Source: Dehalococcoidia bacterium
GTDB taxonomy: Bacteria; Chloroflexota; Dehalococcoidia; Lucifugimonadales; UBA3495
Assembly (NCBI GenBank): GCA_963664625.1
Contig: OY761541.1
Coordinates: 3,019,606 to 3,083,605, forward strand
DNA: 64,000 nt
Direction of reading: 5' to 3'
Shown here: positions 55,501-64,000 of the stretch, in pieces
Position numbering within the stretch: position 1 is the stretch's first letter
How the letters are laid out: the number at the start of each line of letters is the position of its first letter
Position numbers and translations under genes: made by a program
Notes under the pieces: generated by a model
The model's database searches: none
Seen by the model: only the letters and a program-made list of their open reading frames with translations
Told to the model about the DNA's origin: nothing

Positions 55501-56607
55501 GTGAAAAGCATCGAGCTGGACTATTCGAAACGTTGCGCCGACGAACCTGAAAAAGGCCATAACCGTTGGCACCCCGACGTACCTCCCGCAGTGGAGGCCG
55601 AGCCGGGCGAAGAAGTTGTTATGCAGACCAGGAACGCCCTCGACGGGGAGGTCACTCCCAATTCCAAGGCCGAAGACCTTCGGAACGTCAACCTTAACCT
55701 GGTACATCCCCTTACTGGCCCCGTCTATGTCCAAGGCGCCGAGCCCGGCGACTTGCTGGAGGTAAACATCCTGGGCATCGACCCGGCAAGCTGGGGCTTC
55801 ACCACTATCATCCCCGGCTTCGGGTTCCTGCGGGACGTCTACCTTGACCCCTACGTGGTCCACTGGGACATCCAAGGCGATTACGCCGAGGCAGCCGACC
55901 TTCCGGGTGTGCGTGTCCCCGGTGCGTCGTTCATGGGGACAATTGGCGTAGCCCCGTCCCGCGCTCTGAGGCAGGAAATACTGCTGCGGGAGGACGAGTT
56001 GCTCCGCAGGGGCGGTGCGGTTTTGGGTCCGGAACCCAGCGGGGCAGTGCCAGCCTATGAACCATTGGCCTCTGAAGGTCTGCGCACCGTGCCGCCCCGT
56101 GAACACGGCGGCAACGTAGACATCAAGCAACTCACCGCTGGGACGCGCCTGCTCCTCCCCGTCTATACCGAAGGCGCCCTTTTCTCCGCCGGCGACGCCC
56201 ACTTCGCCCAGGGCGACTCCGAGTGCTGCGGCACCGCCATCGAAATGGATTGCACCCTCCACGTCAGTTTCCAGGTCCGCAAGGGAGAGGCCGCAAGGCG
56301 GAACATCGGCGGGCCTATGTTCGAGCGTGACGACTACTTTACGACCCCCGAAATGGCCGCCCCACGTCGCTTCCTCGCCACCACCGGCATGTGCATCGTC
56401 GATGGCGTCAACGAGTCCGAAAACGCCACGCTGGCCGCCCGCAACGCCCTCCTGAACATGATCGATCTGCTCATGGAGCGAGGATGGTCCAGGGAGCAGG
56501 CGTACTGCATTTGCAGCGTAGCGGTGGACCTGAAGCTGAGCCAGATAGTCGACGTGCCGAACTTCCTGGTATCGGCGTTCTTGCCCCTTGACATCTTCAC
56601 ATCTTAG
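55501..56607 (+). CDS. Acetamidase/formamidase family protein
   Basis: EKGHNRWHPDVPP ... GPVYVQGAEPGD ... the family pattern. GTG at 55501 follows GAAGGAG. The track ATG at 55459 sits inside a TATAAT hexamer. Confidence 0.85.
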   Translation: MKSIELDYSKRCADEPEKGHNRWHPDVPPAVEAEPGEEVVMQTRNALDGEVTPNSKAEDLRNVNLNLVHPLTGPVYVQGAEPGDLLEVNILGIDPASWGFTTIIPGFGFLRDVYLDPYVVHWDIQGDYAEAADLPGVRVPGASFMGTIGVAPSRALRQEILLREDELLRRGGAVLGPEPSGAVPAYEPLASEGLRTVPPREHGGNVDIKQLTAGTRLLLPVYTEGALFSAGDAHFAQGDSECCGTAIEMDCTLHVSFQVRKGEAARRNIGGPMFERDDYFTTPEMAAPRRFLATTGMCIVDGVNESENATLAARNALLNMIDLLMERGWSREQAYCICSVAVDLKLSQIVDVPNFLVSAFLPLDIFTS

Positions 56608-56662
56608 ACGTTGGGACGTTCAACGAAGAGACTGTCTCAAAACGTCGCGCACTACCCAATTC

Positions 56663-56687
56663 GTCATTCCCGCGAAGGCGGGAATCC
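56663..56687 (+). repeat. REP-like hairpin, copy 5, with an extended 5' arm from 56634
   Basis: GTCTCAAAACGTCGCGCACTACCCAATTC followed by GTCATTCCCGCGAAGGCGGGAATCC. Confidence 0.85.
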
Positions 56688-56767
56688 ATATCCTTCAGTT
56701 TGGCCGCCTAACCGGGGCTTGGTCATGTTGTCATGCCCCGGTCCTTTTCCTGAAGTTTCGAGACCCT

Positions 56768-57004
56768 CTAAACCCCGCTGCTCTTGGGCAGGCCGTTCAA
56801 AACGTTCTGGTAATTCTTCCGGCACAGCCAGCACAACCCACCCATTGGCGTGATGTCTTCTTCGCACAATTCCGGGTACGTCTGGAAAGCGCCACTACCG
56901 AGGCCCTGGATCTGTTGTCCGAACTGGCAAATGTACTGCGGGTCCAGGTAATGGACTTTGCTGGACGTCTTACCGGGACTGGTTCCTACTATATACACAT
57001 CCAT
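56768..57004 (-). CDS. Hypothetical small Cys-containing protein (78 aa)
   Basis: MDVYIVGTSPGKTSSKVHYLDPQYICQFGQ...LCEEDITPMGGLCWLCRKNY. ATG is preceded by GAGGTG at about 10 nt. Third-position GC looks coding-like. No family recognised. Confidence 0.3.
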   Translation of the reverse strand: MDVYIVGTSPGKTSSKVHYLDPQYICQFGQQIQGLGSGAFQTYPELCEEDITPMGGLCWLCRKNYQNVLNGLPKSSGV

Positions 57005-57176
57005 AGAAATGGCGCACCTCATACGGCCTGTTGTCGCCGTGGAATGAAGGTATTGTATCCAATGACGTAAGACTCTCGCCACGTAAGCTATAATGTCCAC
57101 ATTCAGCGCAACTCTGGTCGGATGATTTTGCATCCCAGTAAAAGTCCTGGTCTGAGCCGGTGAAAAGGAGAGTGCC

Positions 57177-58166
57177 ATGCTGGAAGACAAGACGTTATTG
57201 ATGGAAATGCTCCGGCGCATGATACGCATCCGCTTGTTCGAGGAGCGGGTCATCCAACTTGTTGAGCGGGGAGAAATAGTCGGCGCGGCCCACTCCTACA
57301 TCGGTGAGGAAGCCGTCGCCGTCGGCGCGTGTCTCGCCCTGCGCGACGACGACTGGATGACCGGCAACCACCGCTCCCACGGGCATCCCATCGCCAAGGG
57401 TGGCGACGTGAAAAAGGCAATGGCCGAGTTGCTTGGCAAGAGCACCGGATTCTGCAAGGGCAAGGGCGGCTCCATGCACTTGGCCGACTTCAGTGTCGGC
57501 ATCCTGGGGGAGTCGGGGATCCTGGGTTCCTCCATCCCCACCGCCGTCGGCGCAGCCCTTGGCAGCGTGTTGCAGGGCAACGACCGGGTGGCCGTGCCCT
57601 TCTTCGGCGACGGCGCCAGCAACGAGGGTGCGTTCCACGAGTCGGTGAACCTTGCCGCCATCTGGAAACTCCCCGTGGTCTTCCTCTGCGAAAACAACCA
57701 GTACGCTGTATCCAGCAGCTTCAAGAAGATGGTCGCCTCGGAAAACATCTCCGACCGCTCCGCCGCCTACAACATCCCCGGCGTGCTGGTCGATGGCCAG
57801 GATGTCATCGCCATGTACGAGGCGGTCTCCGAGGCCGTCGCCCGTGCGAGAGCAGGTCAGGGCCCGTCCCTCATCGAAGGCCGCACCTACCGCTACTACG
57901 ACCACTCCCTGGGCCTGGGCCGCATCGTCCGCGCGCCCTACCGCGACGATGAAGAAGTGGAGCAGTGGAAGCAGCGCGACCCCATCAGCATCCACAAGGA
58001 ACGCCTGCTGGCACAAGGCATAGCCACCCAGGAAGAGATCGACTCCATGGAGGCGGAAGTCCTGGCCGAAATCGACGATGCCGTCGAGTTCGCCCGGCAA
58101 AGCCCCTACCCGGAGCCTGAAGCCCTCTTCGAGGACATGTTCGCCAACCCCATTCCGCTGGAGTGA
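57177..58166 (+). CDS. TPP-dependent 2-oxoacid dehydrogenase E1 component, alpha subunit
   Basis: FFGDGASNEGAFHES TPP-binding motif. 329 aa. ATG after AAAGGAG. Confidence 0.9.
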   Translation: MLEDKTLLMEMLRRMIRIRLFEERVIQLVERGEIVGAAHSYIGEEAVAVGACLALRDDDWMTGNHRSHGHPIAKGGDVKKAMAELLGKSTGFCKGKGGSMHLADFSVGILGESGILGSSIPTAVGAALGSVLQGNDRVAVPFFGDGASNEGAFHESVNLAAIWKLPVVFLCENNQYAVSSSFKKMVASENISDRSAAYNIPGVLVDGQDVIAMYEAVSEAVARARAGQGPSLIEGRTYRYYDHSLGLGRIVRAPYRDDEEVEQWKQRDPISIHKERLLAQGIATQEEIDSMEAEVLAEIDDAVEFARQSPYPEPEALFEDMFANPIPLE

Positions 58167-58217
58167 GCGGTGGTTACGCTATCCGGTCAACAGTCGCCAA
58201 CTCCGAGGAGGTAAACC

Positions 58218-59198
58218 ATGACTCAAACGCTGACCCGTGAAATAACGCTGACCCAGGCCCTCAACGAGGCCATGCGCGAGGAAATGCGGCGGGACGAACG
58301 GGTGTTCATCATGGGAGAGGACATCCAGTCCGGCGTCTACGGCGCGTCTGCTGGCTTGGCCGCCGAGTTCGGTATGGAGCGGGTGAGGGACTGCCCCCTT
58401 TCCGAGAACGCTTTCATGGGCGCCGCCGTAGGCGCGGCTGCGGTGGGTATGAGGCCCATCGTCGAGAGCGCATTCTGCTTCATGTGGGTGGCTATGGACT
58501 CGCTGGTGAGCCAAGCCTCCAAGATGCGTTACATGTTCGGCGGGCAGGTCAACCTGCCGATAGTGTACCGGTCGTCCATGTACTACGGCGGTAGCATGGC
58601 CGCCCACCACTCGGACCGATCCTACCCCATCTTCATGCACATTCCCGGATTCAAGGTCGTGTTCGCCAGCAACGCCTATGACGGCAAGGGGCTGATGAAG
58701 ACCGCCATCCGGGAGGACGACCCGGTCATTTTCTGCGAGGACCGCACCATCCTCGGCTCCCGCGGCTACGTGCCCGAAGAGGATTACACCATTCCCTTCG
58801 GCGTTGCCGACGTGAAGCGTGAGGGCAGCGACGTCACCATCGTAGCCATCGGCGGCATGGTGGGCTTGGCATTGCAAGCCGCCGAAGCCCTTTCCCAGGA
58901 GGGTATCTCCGCCGAGGTGATCGATCCCCGCAGCTTGGTGCCGCTGGACTTGGAAACGATCCTGGGGTCGGTGTCCAAGACGGGCCGGTTGGTGACCGTG
59001 GACATGGCCCACAAGACCTGTAGCGCGGCCAGCGAGATCGCCGCCTTGGTGGCTATGGAGGGCTTCTGGTCTCTGCAAGCCCCGGTACAGCGTCTGGGCG
59101 CGGCCAATGTTCACATCCCATTCAGCACGGCGCTGGAACCCCTCTGTTACCCCACCGCCGCAACCATTGCCGAAGCTGCCAAGGCTACACTGGAGTAG
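58218..59198 (+). CDS. 2-oxoacid dehydrogenase E1 component, beta subunit
   Basis: ALNEAMREEMRRDERVFIMGEDI... transketolase-like pyrimidine-binding and C-terminal domains. 326 aa. Confidence 0.9.
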   Translation: MTQTLTREITLTQALNEAMREEMRRDERVFIMGEDIQSGVYGASAGLAAEFGMERVRDCPLSENAFMGAAVGAAAVGMRPIVESAFCFMWVAMDSLVSQASKMRYMFGGQVNLPIVYRSSMYYGGSMAAHHSDRSYPIFMHIPGFKVVFASNAYDGKGLMKTAIREDDPVIFCEDRTILGSRGYVPEEDYTIPFGVADVKREGSDVTIVAIGGMVGLALQAAEALSQEGISAEVIDPRSLVPLDLETILGSVSKTGRLVTVDMAHKTCSAASEIAALVAMEGFWSLQAPVQRLGAANVHIPFSTALEPLCYPTAATIAEAAKATLE

Positions 59199-59236
59199 AC
59201 CACTGAGACTATCTCAAAGTTTGCCGCACTCAACCC

Positions 59237-59261
59237 GTCATTCCCGCGCAGGCGGGAATCC
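59237..59261 (+). repeat. REP-like hairpin, copy 6 (loop variant GCAG), with an extended 5' arm from 59211
   Basis: ATCTCAAAGTTTGCCGCACTCAACCC followed by GTCATTCCCGCGCAGGCGGGAATCC, inside the E1beta-E2 spacer. Confidence 0.85.
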
Positions 59262-59382
59262 ATAAGCTCCAATCAGCGACGATGGGTTGTCGGCAGAATA
59301 GGTCGGTTGTGAGATGGTTTCTAAAGGAACAGGGATTAGCTCGAAGCCACTCAAGCCCTAGCCCGATGTCAGGAGGGACCGC

Positions 59383-60582
59383 ATGGCCACCAACGTATTG
59401 CTGCCCCAGTGGGGCATGGAGATGGCCGAAGGCACCATCGTCAAGTGGTTGAAGCAGGAGGGAGATACAGTACAGGAAGGCGAGTTGCTGGTGGCCGTCG
59501 AGACCGCCAAGCTGGAAACCGAGATGGAGTCCATCGCCTCCGGCATCCTGGCCCACATCCTCGTCCCTGAAGGGGCAACGGTGCCCATAAGGACGGTGCT
59601 CGCCGTGATAGCCGATCCAGGGGAGGATGTGCCCCGCCCGGAGACCGCGCCCTTCTCGTCCTCCCTTGGCGCGGCAGTCGCCGCCCCGCCCCCTCAACCC
59701 TCCGCAACACCCGCTCCGGCGCCCCGCTCAGGTAGCGCAGGTGAAGGCCGTCTCAATGTCCAAGTAGTCCCCGCTGCCCGCCGCTTGGCCCAGCAGAACG
59801 GCATCGACTTGGCCGATGTACAAGGCACCGGTCCAAACGGGAGGATACTCATCGCCGACGTGGAGCTGGCTATCGAAGCCCAAGCGCAGCCTGCGTCTCA
59901 GGCCGTACCGTTGCAGGGAATGCGCCGCACCATAGCGACCCGCATGATGCAAAGCCTGCAAACCATGGCCCAAGTAACCCTCACCACCGAGGCCGACGTA
60001 ACCGACGCCATGACTCTGAGGGAGGGCCTGAACCGCCAGACCGACGGCTCGAATCTTAGCCCTCTGCACTTGGCGGTAAAGGCCGCGGCCAAGGCCTTGA
60101 AGGAGCATCCAAGACTGAACGCCGTACAGGAAGCGGACGGCTACCGATTGATGGACCAAGTCAACATCGGCGTCGCCGTGTCCCTCACCGAGGGCCTGCT
60201 AACCGCAGTCATAAGGGACGCCGACGCCAAGAGCCTTGATCAGATCGCTGTCGAGTCCCGGGAACTGGCCCGCAGGACCCGCGAAGGCTTGGCCACCCCC
60301 GACGAGGTCTCGGGCGGCACCTTCACCATCACCAACCTGGGCGCCTACAACGTAGACGGATTCACGCCCATCATCAACCCGCCGCAGGTGGCGATCCTGG
60401 GCCTGGGGCGCGTGGCGGAGAAACCCGTGGTACGCAACGGGCAACTCGCCGTCGGCAGAACAATGTTCCTCAGTCTGACTTTCGACCACCGGATAGTGGA
60501 CGGAGCTCCTGCGGCCGATTTCCTGAAAGCAATAAAGGGCGCCCTTGAAGACCCTTGGTGGATGGTGACCTCAGCCAAGTAA
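59383..60582 (+). CDS. Dihydrolipoamide acyltransferase (E2 component)
   Basis: Lipoyl domain (VETAKLETEMES), peripheral subunit-binding domain (PAARRLAQQNGIDL) and catalytic DHRIVDGA motif. Confidence 0.9.
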   Translation: MATNVLLPQWGMEMAEGTIVKWLKQEGDTVQEGELLVAVETAKLETEMESIASGILAHILVPEGATVPIRTVLAVIADPGEDVPRPETAPFSSSLGAAVAAPPPQPSATPAPAPRSGSAGEGRLNVQVVPAARRLAQQNGIDLADVQGTGPNGRILIADVELAIEAQAQPASQAVPLQGMRRTIATRMMQSLQTMAQVTLTTEADVTDAMTLREGLNRQTDGSNLSPLHLAVKAAAKALKEHPRLNAVQEADGYRLMDQVNIGVAVSLTEGLLTAVIRDADAKSLDQIAVESRELARRTREGLATPDEVSGGTFTITNLGAYNVDGFTPIINPPQVAILGLGRVAEKPVVRNGQLAVGRTMFLSLTFDHRIVDGAPAADFLKAIKGALEDPWWMVTSAK

Positions 60583-61362
60583 GTGATACGTGGCCCCGTT
60601 AGCCTCGGCGGCGGCCACAAAAAACTCCCGCCGGTCCCCGTCCGGGAACCCCTGCACCTCGACGGAGACCATTCCCGGGCTGGCCAGTCCGGCCCTCACT
60701 ATCCACTTGTTGAACTCGCTGACCGTCTCTTCCTCCAGGAATTCCCCCACGGGCATCCACATGCATTCCTGGATTTCCTCGGTCTGCATGGTTATCTCGG
60801 TGCTCAATGGCCTCAACCGGCAGACGAAGTAGATGTCCGACTTGCCGTAGCGATAGCCGTGCCAATGCCGGAAGCAGACCAGCGACTCGAACCGGGAGTG
60901 AACGCCGGTCTCTTCCAGCACCTCCCGCTCTACTGCCTCGATAAGGTGCTCCCCTTGCCGCAGCGCGCCTCCCGGTAGCTTCAGCGTTGGCGGCCTGCCT
61001 CTGAAGCCGTACTTCTCCCGCACCACCAGCAGTTCGTTGCTGTCGTTCAACACCACGCCGCCGGCCCCGATGTAATGAGTAGCGTAAGGCGGGATGTAAG
61101 AATGCTCGACCAGCATCAAGGTCAACATGACGTAGTCGTCGTGTGCGTGGTGGTAACTGAACCCGGCGTCCACGGCCACCGGCACCAAGGCCGACTTGCC
61201 GATGGGCACCTCCAGCCAGACCGTCAATATCCCCTCGTCCCGCCAGGTTTCCAAGGAATGGCGCAACCTCTCTTGGAACGCCGTGGGGTCATAAGGCAGG
61301 TTCTCCGGGTTGACGACCATCCCGCCGAATGGGTTCTTCCTTGCGTCTAACATTTCAGACAT
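60571..61362 (-). CDS. NUDIX hydrolase with an N-terminal accessory domain
   Basis: Nudix box GGALRQGEHLIEAVEREVLEETGV. I prefer the ATG at 61362 (the track start is 61437). The 3' end overlaps the E2 stop by 12 nt. Confidence 0.8.
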   Translation of the reverse strand: MSEMLDARKNPFGGMVVNPENLPYDPTAFQERLRHSLETWRDEGILTVWLEVPIGKSALVPVAVDAGFSYHHAHDDYVMLTLMLVEHSYIPPYATHYIGAGGVVLNDSNELLVVREKYGFRGRPPTLKLPGGALRQGEHLIEAVEREVLEETGVHSRFESLVCFRHWHGYRYGKSDIYFVCRLRPLSTEITMQTEEIQECMWMPVGEFLEEETVSEFNKWIVRAGLASPGMVSVEVQGFPDGDRREFFVAAAEANGATYHLLG

Positions 61363-61495
61363 AAGCGCCTCTGGTGAAAAACGGCCGGACGGGTTAGCCG
61401 TTGGCCCATTGTTCAGCTTGTTGAATATAGGCCCCAACTTCGTTGATGTGCGATTCGATGACTTGTGGCCGGTCCATCAGTACCCAGTAGTAACC

Positions 61496-61807
61496 CTACC
61501 GGCCAGGCGCCACGAACACCACCCTGCCGGTGTCCTGATCGTGCTCGTGCTCCTGGATAGTCGTGATTACGTCTGATTTGGACGTGCGCACTTCATCGCC
61601 CAGTTCCTTGAGGCTTTCGCGTAGCTCCTTGAAACCTTCACGCATTTCCTGACGCATCTCAATCTGTTCTTCGGCGACATTATCGACGCGATTTTGCAAG
61701 CCTCCATACCCCGAAACCCACTCTCCCGCAACAAGCAACAAAATGATAATGGTGGCAACCGCAGACACTATTGCTAGCACCGAAGCTGCGGTGCTCATCT
61801 TCTCCAT
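61496..61807 (-). CDS. Hypothetical single-TM protein with a coiled-coil tail
   Basis: TM segment VLAIVSAVATIIILLLVAG, then EEQIEMRQEMREGFKELRESLKELGDEV. ATG after GGAG. Confidence 0.5.
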   Translation of the reverse strand: MEKMSTAASVLAIVSAVATIIILLLVAGEWVSGYGGLQNRVDNVAEEQIEMRQEMREGFKELRESLKELGDEVRTSKSDVITTIQEHEHDQDTGRVVFVAPGR

Positions 61808-61999
61808 CCCGTTAGCTCCATTGACCTACAAATGCCGTTGATATACCAAGCGGTTTCCATGATAGTCATTCCAATAGTCGTTCCCTGCCGAATAGTTGTC
61901 AACCACCCGCGTGACGTCTCTAGGCAGAGGGGTTCCAACTCCGTACCACGCGAAGACTAAAGCGACGACGTGCCCCATTGAAGGCTGGAGGCCACCCTG

Positions 62000-62434
62000 C
62001 TACACAGGCTCCGCAACGAACACCGGTATCTTCCGCGTCGTTCGGCCCTGGTACTCCTCATAGGGCTGGAACGCCGCTACCGACAACTCCCACAACCGGG
62101 CCCTTTCCGCATCGTCCGTTACCTCACGGACCCGCATCGTGTAAACCTCGGTCTCATCCTGAATCGTCACGTTGCCGTCGGCCCGCAGGTTATACACCCA
62201 CACCGGGTTCTTTGGCGCGCCGCCCCGTGAACCCACCAGCACGTAGTTGTTGCCGTCCTTTACCCGCATCAGCGGCGTCTTGCGGATTGCCCCCGTCTGG
62301 TTCCCCCGGTTTGTCACGACTATAACGGGCAGCCCCGTATCGCGCAGCGTCGTTCCCTCTGTGCCCCCGCTGCCCTCATAAAGCTCCACCTGCTCGCGCA
62401 CCCAATCCGAGGTCGACGGTATGTACTCGGCCAT
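62000..62434 (-). CDS. Deazaflavin (F420)-dependent nitroreductase-family oxidoreductase (Ddn/DUF385-like)
   Basis: VIVVTNRGNQTGAIRKTPLM...GGAPKNPVWVYNLRADGNVTIQ matches the Ddn-family split-barrel pattern. Confidence 0.8.
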   Translation of the reverse strand: MAEYIPSTSDWVREQVELYEGSGGTEGTTLRDTGLPVIVVTNRGNQTGAIRKTPLMRVKDGNNYVLVGSRGGAPKNPVWVYNLRADGNVTIQDETEVYTMRVREVTDDAERARLWELSVAAFQPYEEYQGRTTRKIPVFVAEPV

Positions 62435-62663
62435 AACTTGCTCCTGTATTTTGATCGTCGGTTAACTGTTGCCTCATAATATCTTGAATCGCCGCTTTTC
62501 TCCACCGATGTTATCTTATCCCCAAGGGAATCTCACGGTCCAATGGCTGCGGTACCTACCCAGCCATAGCCAAGGATTTGCATTTGACGCGGATTCGGCG
62601 GGGGGCTACACTCGAAATGACTCATCTGCGGCGTCTATGAATCATAAACAACAACGACAAGCT

Positions 62664-62945
62664 ATGGAAATATCGATCAGCGAACAGCAATTTCATCACA
62701 TCAGGAAAAAGATTGATGCAGGCCAATACCCTTCAACTGAGGCTGTGATCGCCAAGGCTTTGGATCTGCTGGACCAATATGACGAAACGATGTCCGAGGA
62801 ATTGGATGAGGTCGACGCCAAGGTCCGAGAAGGTGTAAACGCCTTGCGGGGCGGAGATTACACCGACTATACCGACGAAACGCTGGATGAGTTGTTCGAA
62901 GATGTAAAGCGGCGCGGTCGAGCCAGGCGGTCAGAATCTCGCTGA
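62664..62945 (+). CDS. parD: ParD-family antitoxin (ribbon-helix-helix)
   Basis: MEISISEQQFHHIRKKIDAGQYPSTEAVIAKALDLL. It ends 3 nt before parE. The start could instead be at 62637. Confidence 0.7.
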   Translation: MEISISEQQFHHIRKKIDAGQYPSTEAVIAKALDLLDQYDETMSEELDEVDAKVREGVNALRGGDYTDYTDETLDELFEDVKRRGRARRSESR

Positions 62946-62948
62946 CGC

Positions 62949-63248
62949 ATGGCATCATACCGGCTTTCCCATCCTGCACGACGAGACCTTGACGATATTT
63001 GGGACTTCTACGAGCGCCAGTCCGGAGAAACGGTCGCCGATCAACAGCTCACCAGGCTTCAAGAAAGGTTCCAATTATTGGCCAATCAACCGTATGCAGG
63101 CGTCCCTCGTCCGGAGTACGAAAGTCATCTTCGCAGCCACGTCGTACCGCGTTCGCGGTATGTCATCTTCTACTTCCCGCGGGAATACGGCATCGAAATT
63201 GCCCGAGTGATACATGGAAGCCGGGACATTATCAGCCAGTTCTCGTGA
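62949..63248 (+). CDS. parE: ParE/RelE-family toxin
   Basis: YRLSHPARRDLDDIWDFY ... YVIFYFPREYGIEIARVIHGSRD, the typical ParE pattern. 99 aa. Confidence 0.8.
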   Translation: MASYRLSHPARRDLDDIWDFYERQSGETVADQQLTRLQERFQLLANQPYAGVPRPEYESHLRSHVVPRSRYVIFYFPREYGIEIARVIHGSRDIISQFS

Positions 63249-63406
63249 ATCGTGAAAACCGGACAAACTCCCGGCATAAGTGAGCAATTATCAACAGCTA
63301 CTGACCAGCGGTGGCTTTCCTAGAGACACCGCTCCATGAAATCTCACCCACACCCGCATGACAGCATCATGGGGACTGTCCCGGCCCCCTGTGCTACACT
63401 TCAGCC

Positions 63407-64000
63407 ATGTCAATCCCCTACTTCCATCCAATAATCCAGGAATGGTTCCAAGGACGGTTCGAAGGGCCCACCGAAGCCCAAAGCGCCGGATGGCCTGCAA
63501 TTGCCCAAGGGCGGCACACCCTCATATCCGCCCCTACCGGCTCCGGCAAGACCCTTGCCGCCTTCTTGACCTGCATCGACCAGTTGGTGCGGCAGGGCAT
63601 CAGCGGTGAATTGCCGGAGACCACCCAGGTGGTCTACGTTTCGCCCCTCAAGGCATTGTCTAACGACATTCAGAAAAACCTGGCCGAGCCCCTGGAGCAG
63701 ATAACGGCCTTGGCCGACGAACGGGGAACGCCCCTTCCCCAAATCCGCACCGCGGTGCGGACGGGCGACACCAAGCAGTCGGAACGCGCCCGCATGGCCA
63801 AGCAGCCTCCCCACATTCTCATCACCACACCCGAGTCTCTGTACATCCTGCTCACCTCCGAAAGCGGTAGGCAGGGACTGAAGGATGTACATACTGTCAT
63901 ACTCGACGAAATCCACGCCGTCGCCGACGACAAGCGCGGCTCCCACCTGTCGCTGTCGGTGGAACGGTTGTGCGCCCTGTCCAATAGCCCCGTCGTCCGC
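63407..64000 (+). CDS. lhr: Lhr-type DEAD/DEAH-box ATP-dependent helicase (5' part, truncated by the window end)
   Basis: [35 protein letters not shown] (motif I), [13 protein letters not shown] (motif II). The frame is open to the last base. Confidence 0.85.
   Translation, partial: MSIPYFHPIIQEWFQGRFEGPTEAQSAGWPAIAQGRHTLISAPTGSGKTLAAFLTCIDQLVRQGISGELPETTQVVYVSPLKALSNDIQKNLAEPLEQITALADERGTPLPQIRTAVRTGDTKQSERARMAKQPPHILITTPESLYILLTSESGRQGLKDVHTVILDEIHAVADDKRGSHLSLSVERLCALSNSPVVR

Noticed and set aside
55225-56262. N-terminal 346 codons of the 733-aa minus-strand ORF 54061..56262
   Set aside because: This part lies antisense to the well-supported formamidase gene. Its composition is Gly/Ala/Arg/Val-rich, typical of high-GC shadow frames. 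Recognisable SelA-like sequence begins only at MKEDIVPG (ATG 55224).
18389-59261. Possibility that the repeated 25-nt hairpins form a CRISPR array
   Set aside because: Copies are kilobases apart and separated by ordinary genes. There is no regular spacer structure and no cas genes. They behave as REP/MITE-like elements.

Overview
This is a 64-kb high-GC bacterial chromosomal segment with GGAGG-type ribosome-binding sites. It is densely coded, with about 60 genes. Housekeeping anchors are gyrA, msrA, tRNA-Leu(UAG), tRNA-Lys(CUU), a TPP-dependent 2-oxoacid dehydrogenase E1alpha/E1beta/E2 operon and the 5' end of an Lhr-type helicase.

Most of the window is catabolic gene content:
- five MFS transporters;
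- several amidohydrolases (D-aminoacylase-like, YtcJ-like, hydantoinase, formamidase);
- CocE/NonD and dienelactone hydrolases;
- an LLM monooxygenase, a flavin reductase and a deazaflavin-dependent reductase;
- MmgE/PrpD, an HpcH aldolase and two VOC proteins;
- an orphan molybdo-hydroxylase large subunit, with XdhC and MocA elsewhere in the window.

This profile resembles metabolically versatile Chloroflexota or Actinomycetota. That placement is inference only.

Accessory content includes one intact IS5-family element, three type II TA pairs (VapBC, HicAB, ParDE), a dispersed REP-like hairpin family in which all copies point the same way, and a low-GC HNH/HEPN-like/membrane-protein operon next to tRNA-Leu.

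The most unusual region is a zinc locus at about 47.8-54.0 kb:
- a Fur-family regulator and a perfect 7-1-7 box;
- a ZnuA/AztC-type binding protein with a roughly 380-aa propeller-like module nested in its His-rich loop;
- a COG0523 GTPase with an internal insertion, coupled to a WD40 protein;
- gene-fragment scars on both sides of that pair, and no intact ZnuB/ZnuC.

All functional calls rest on motifs read from the translations. No database search was run.
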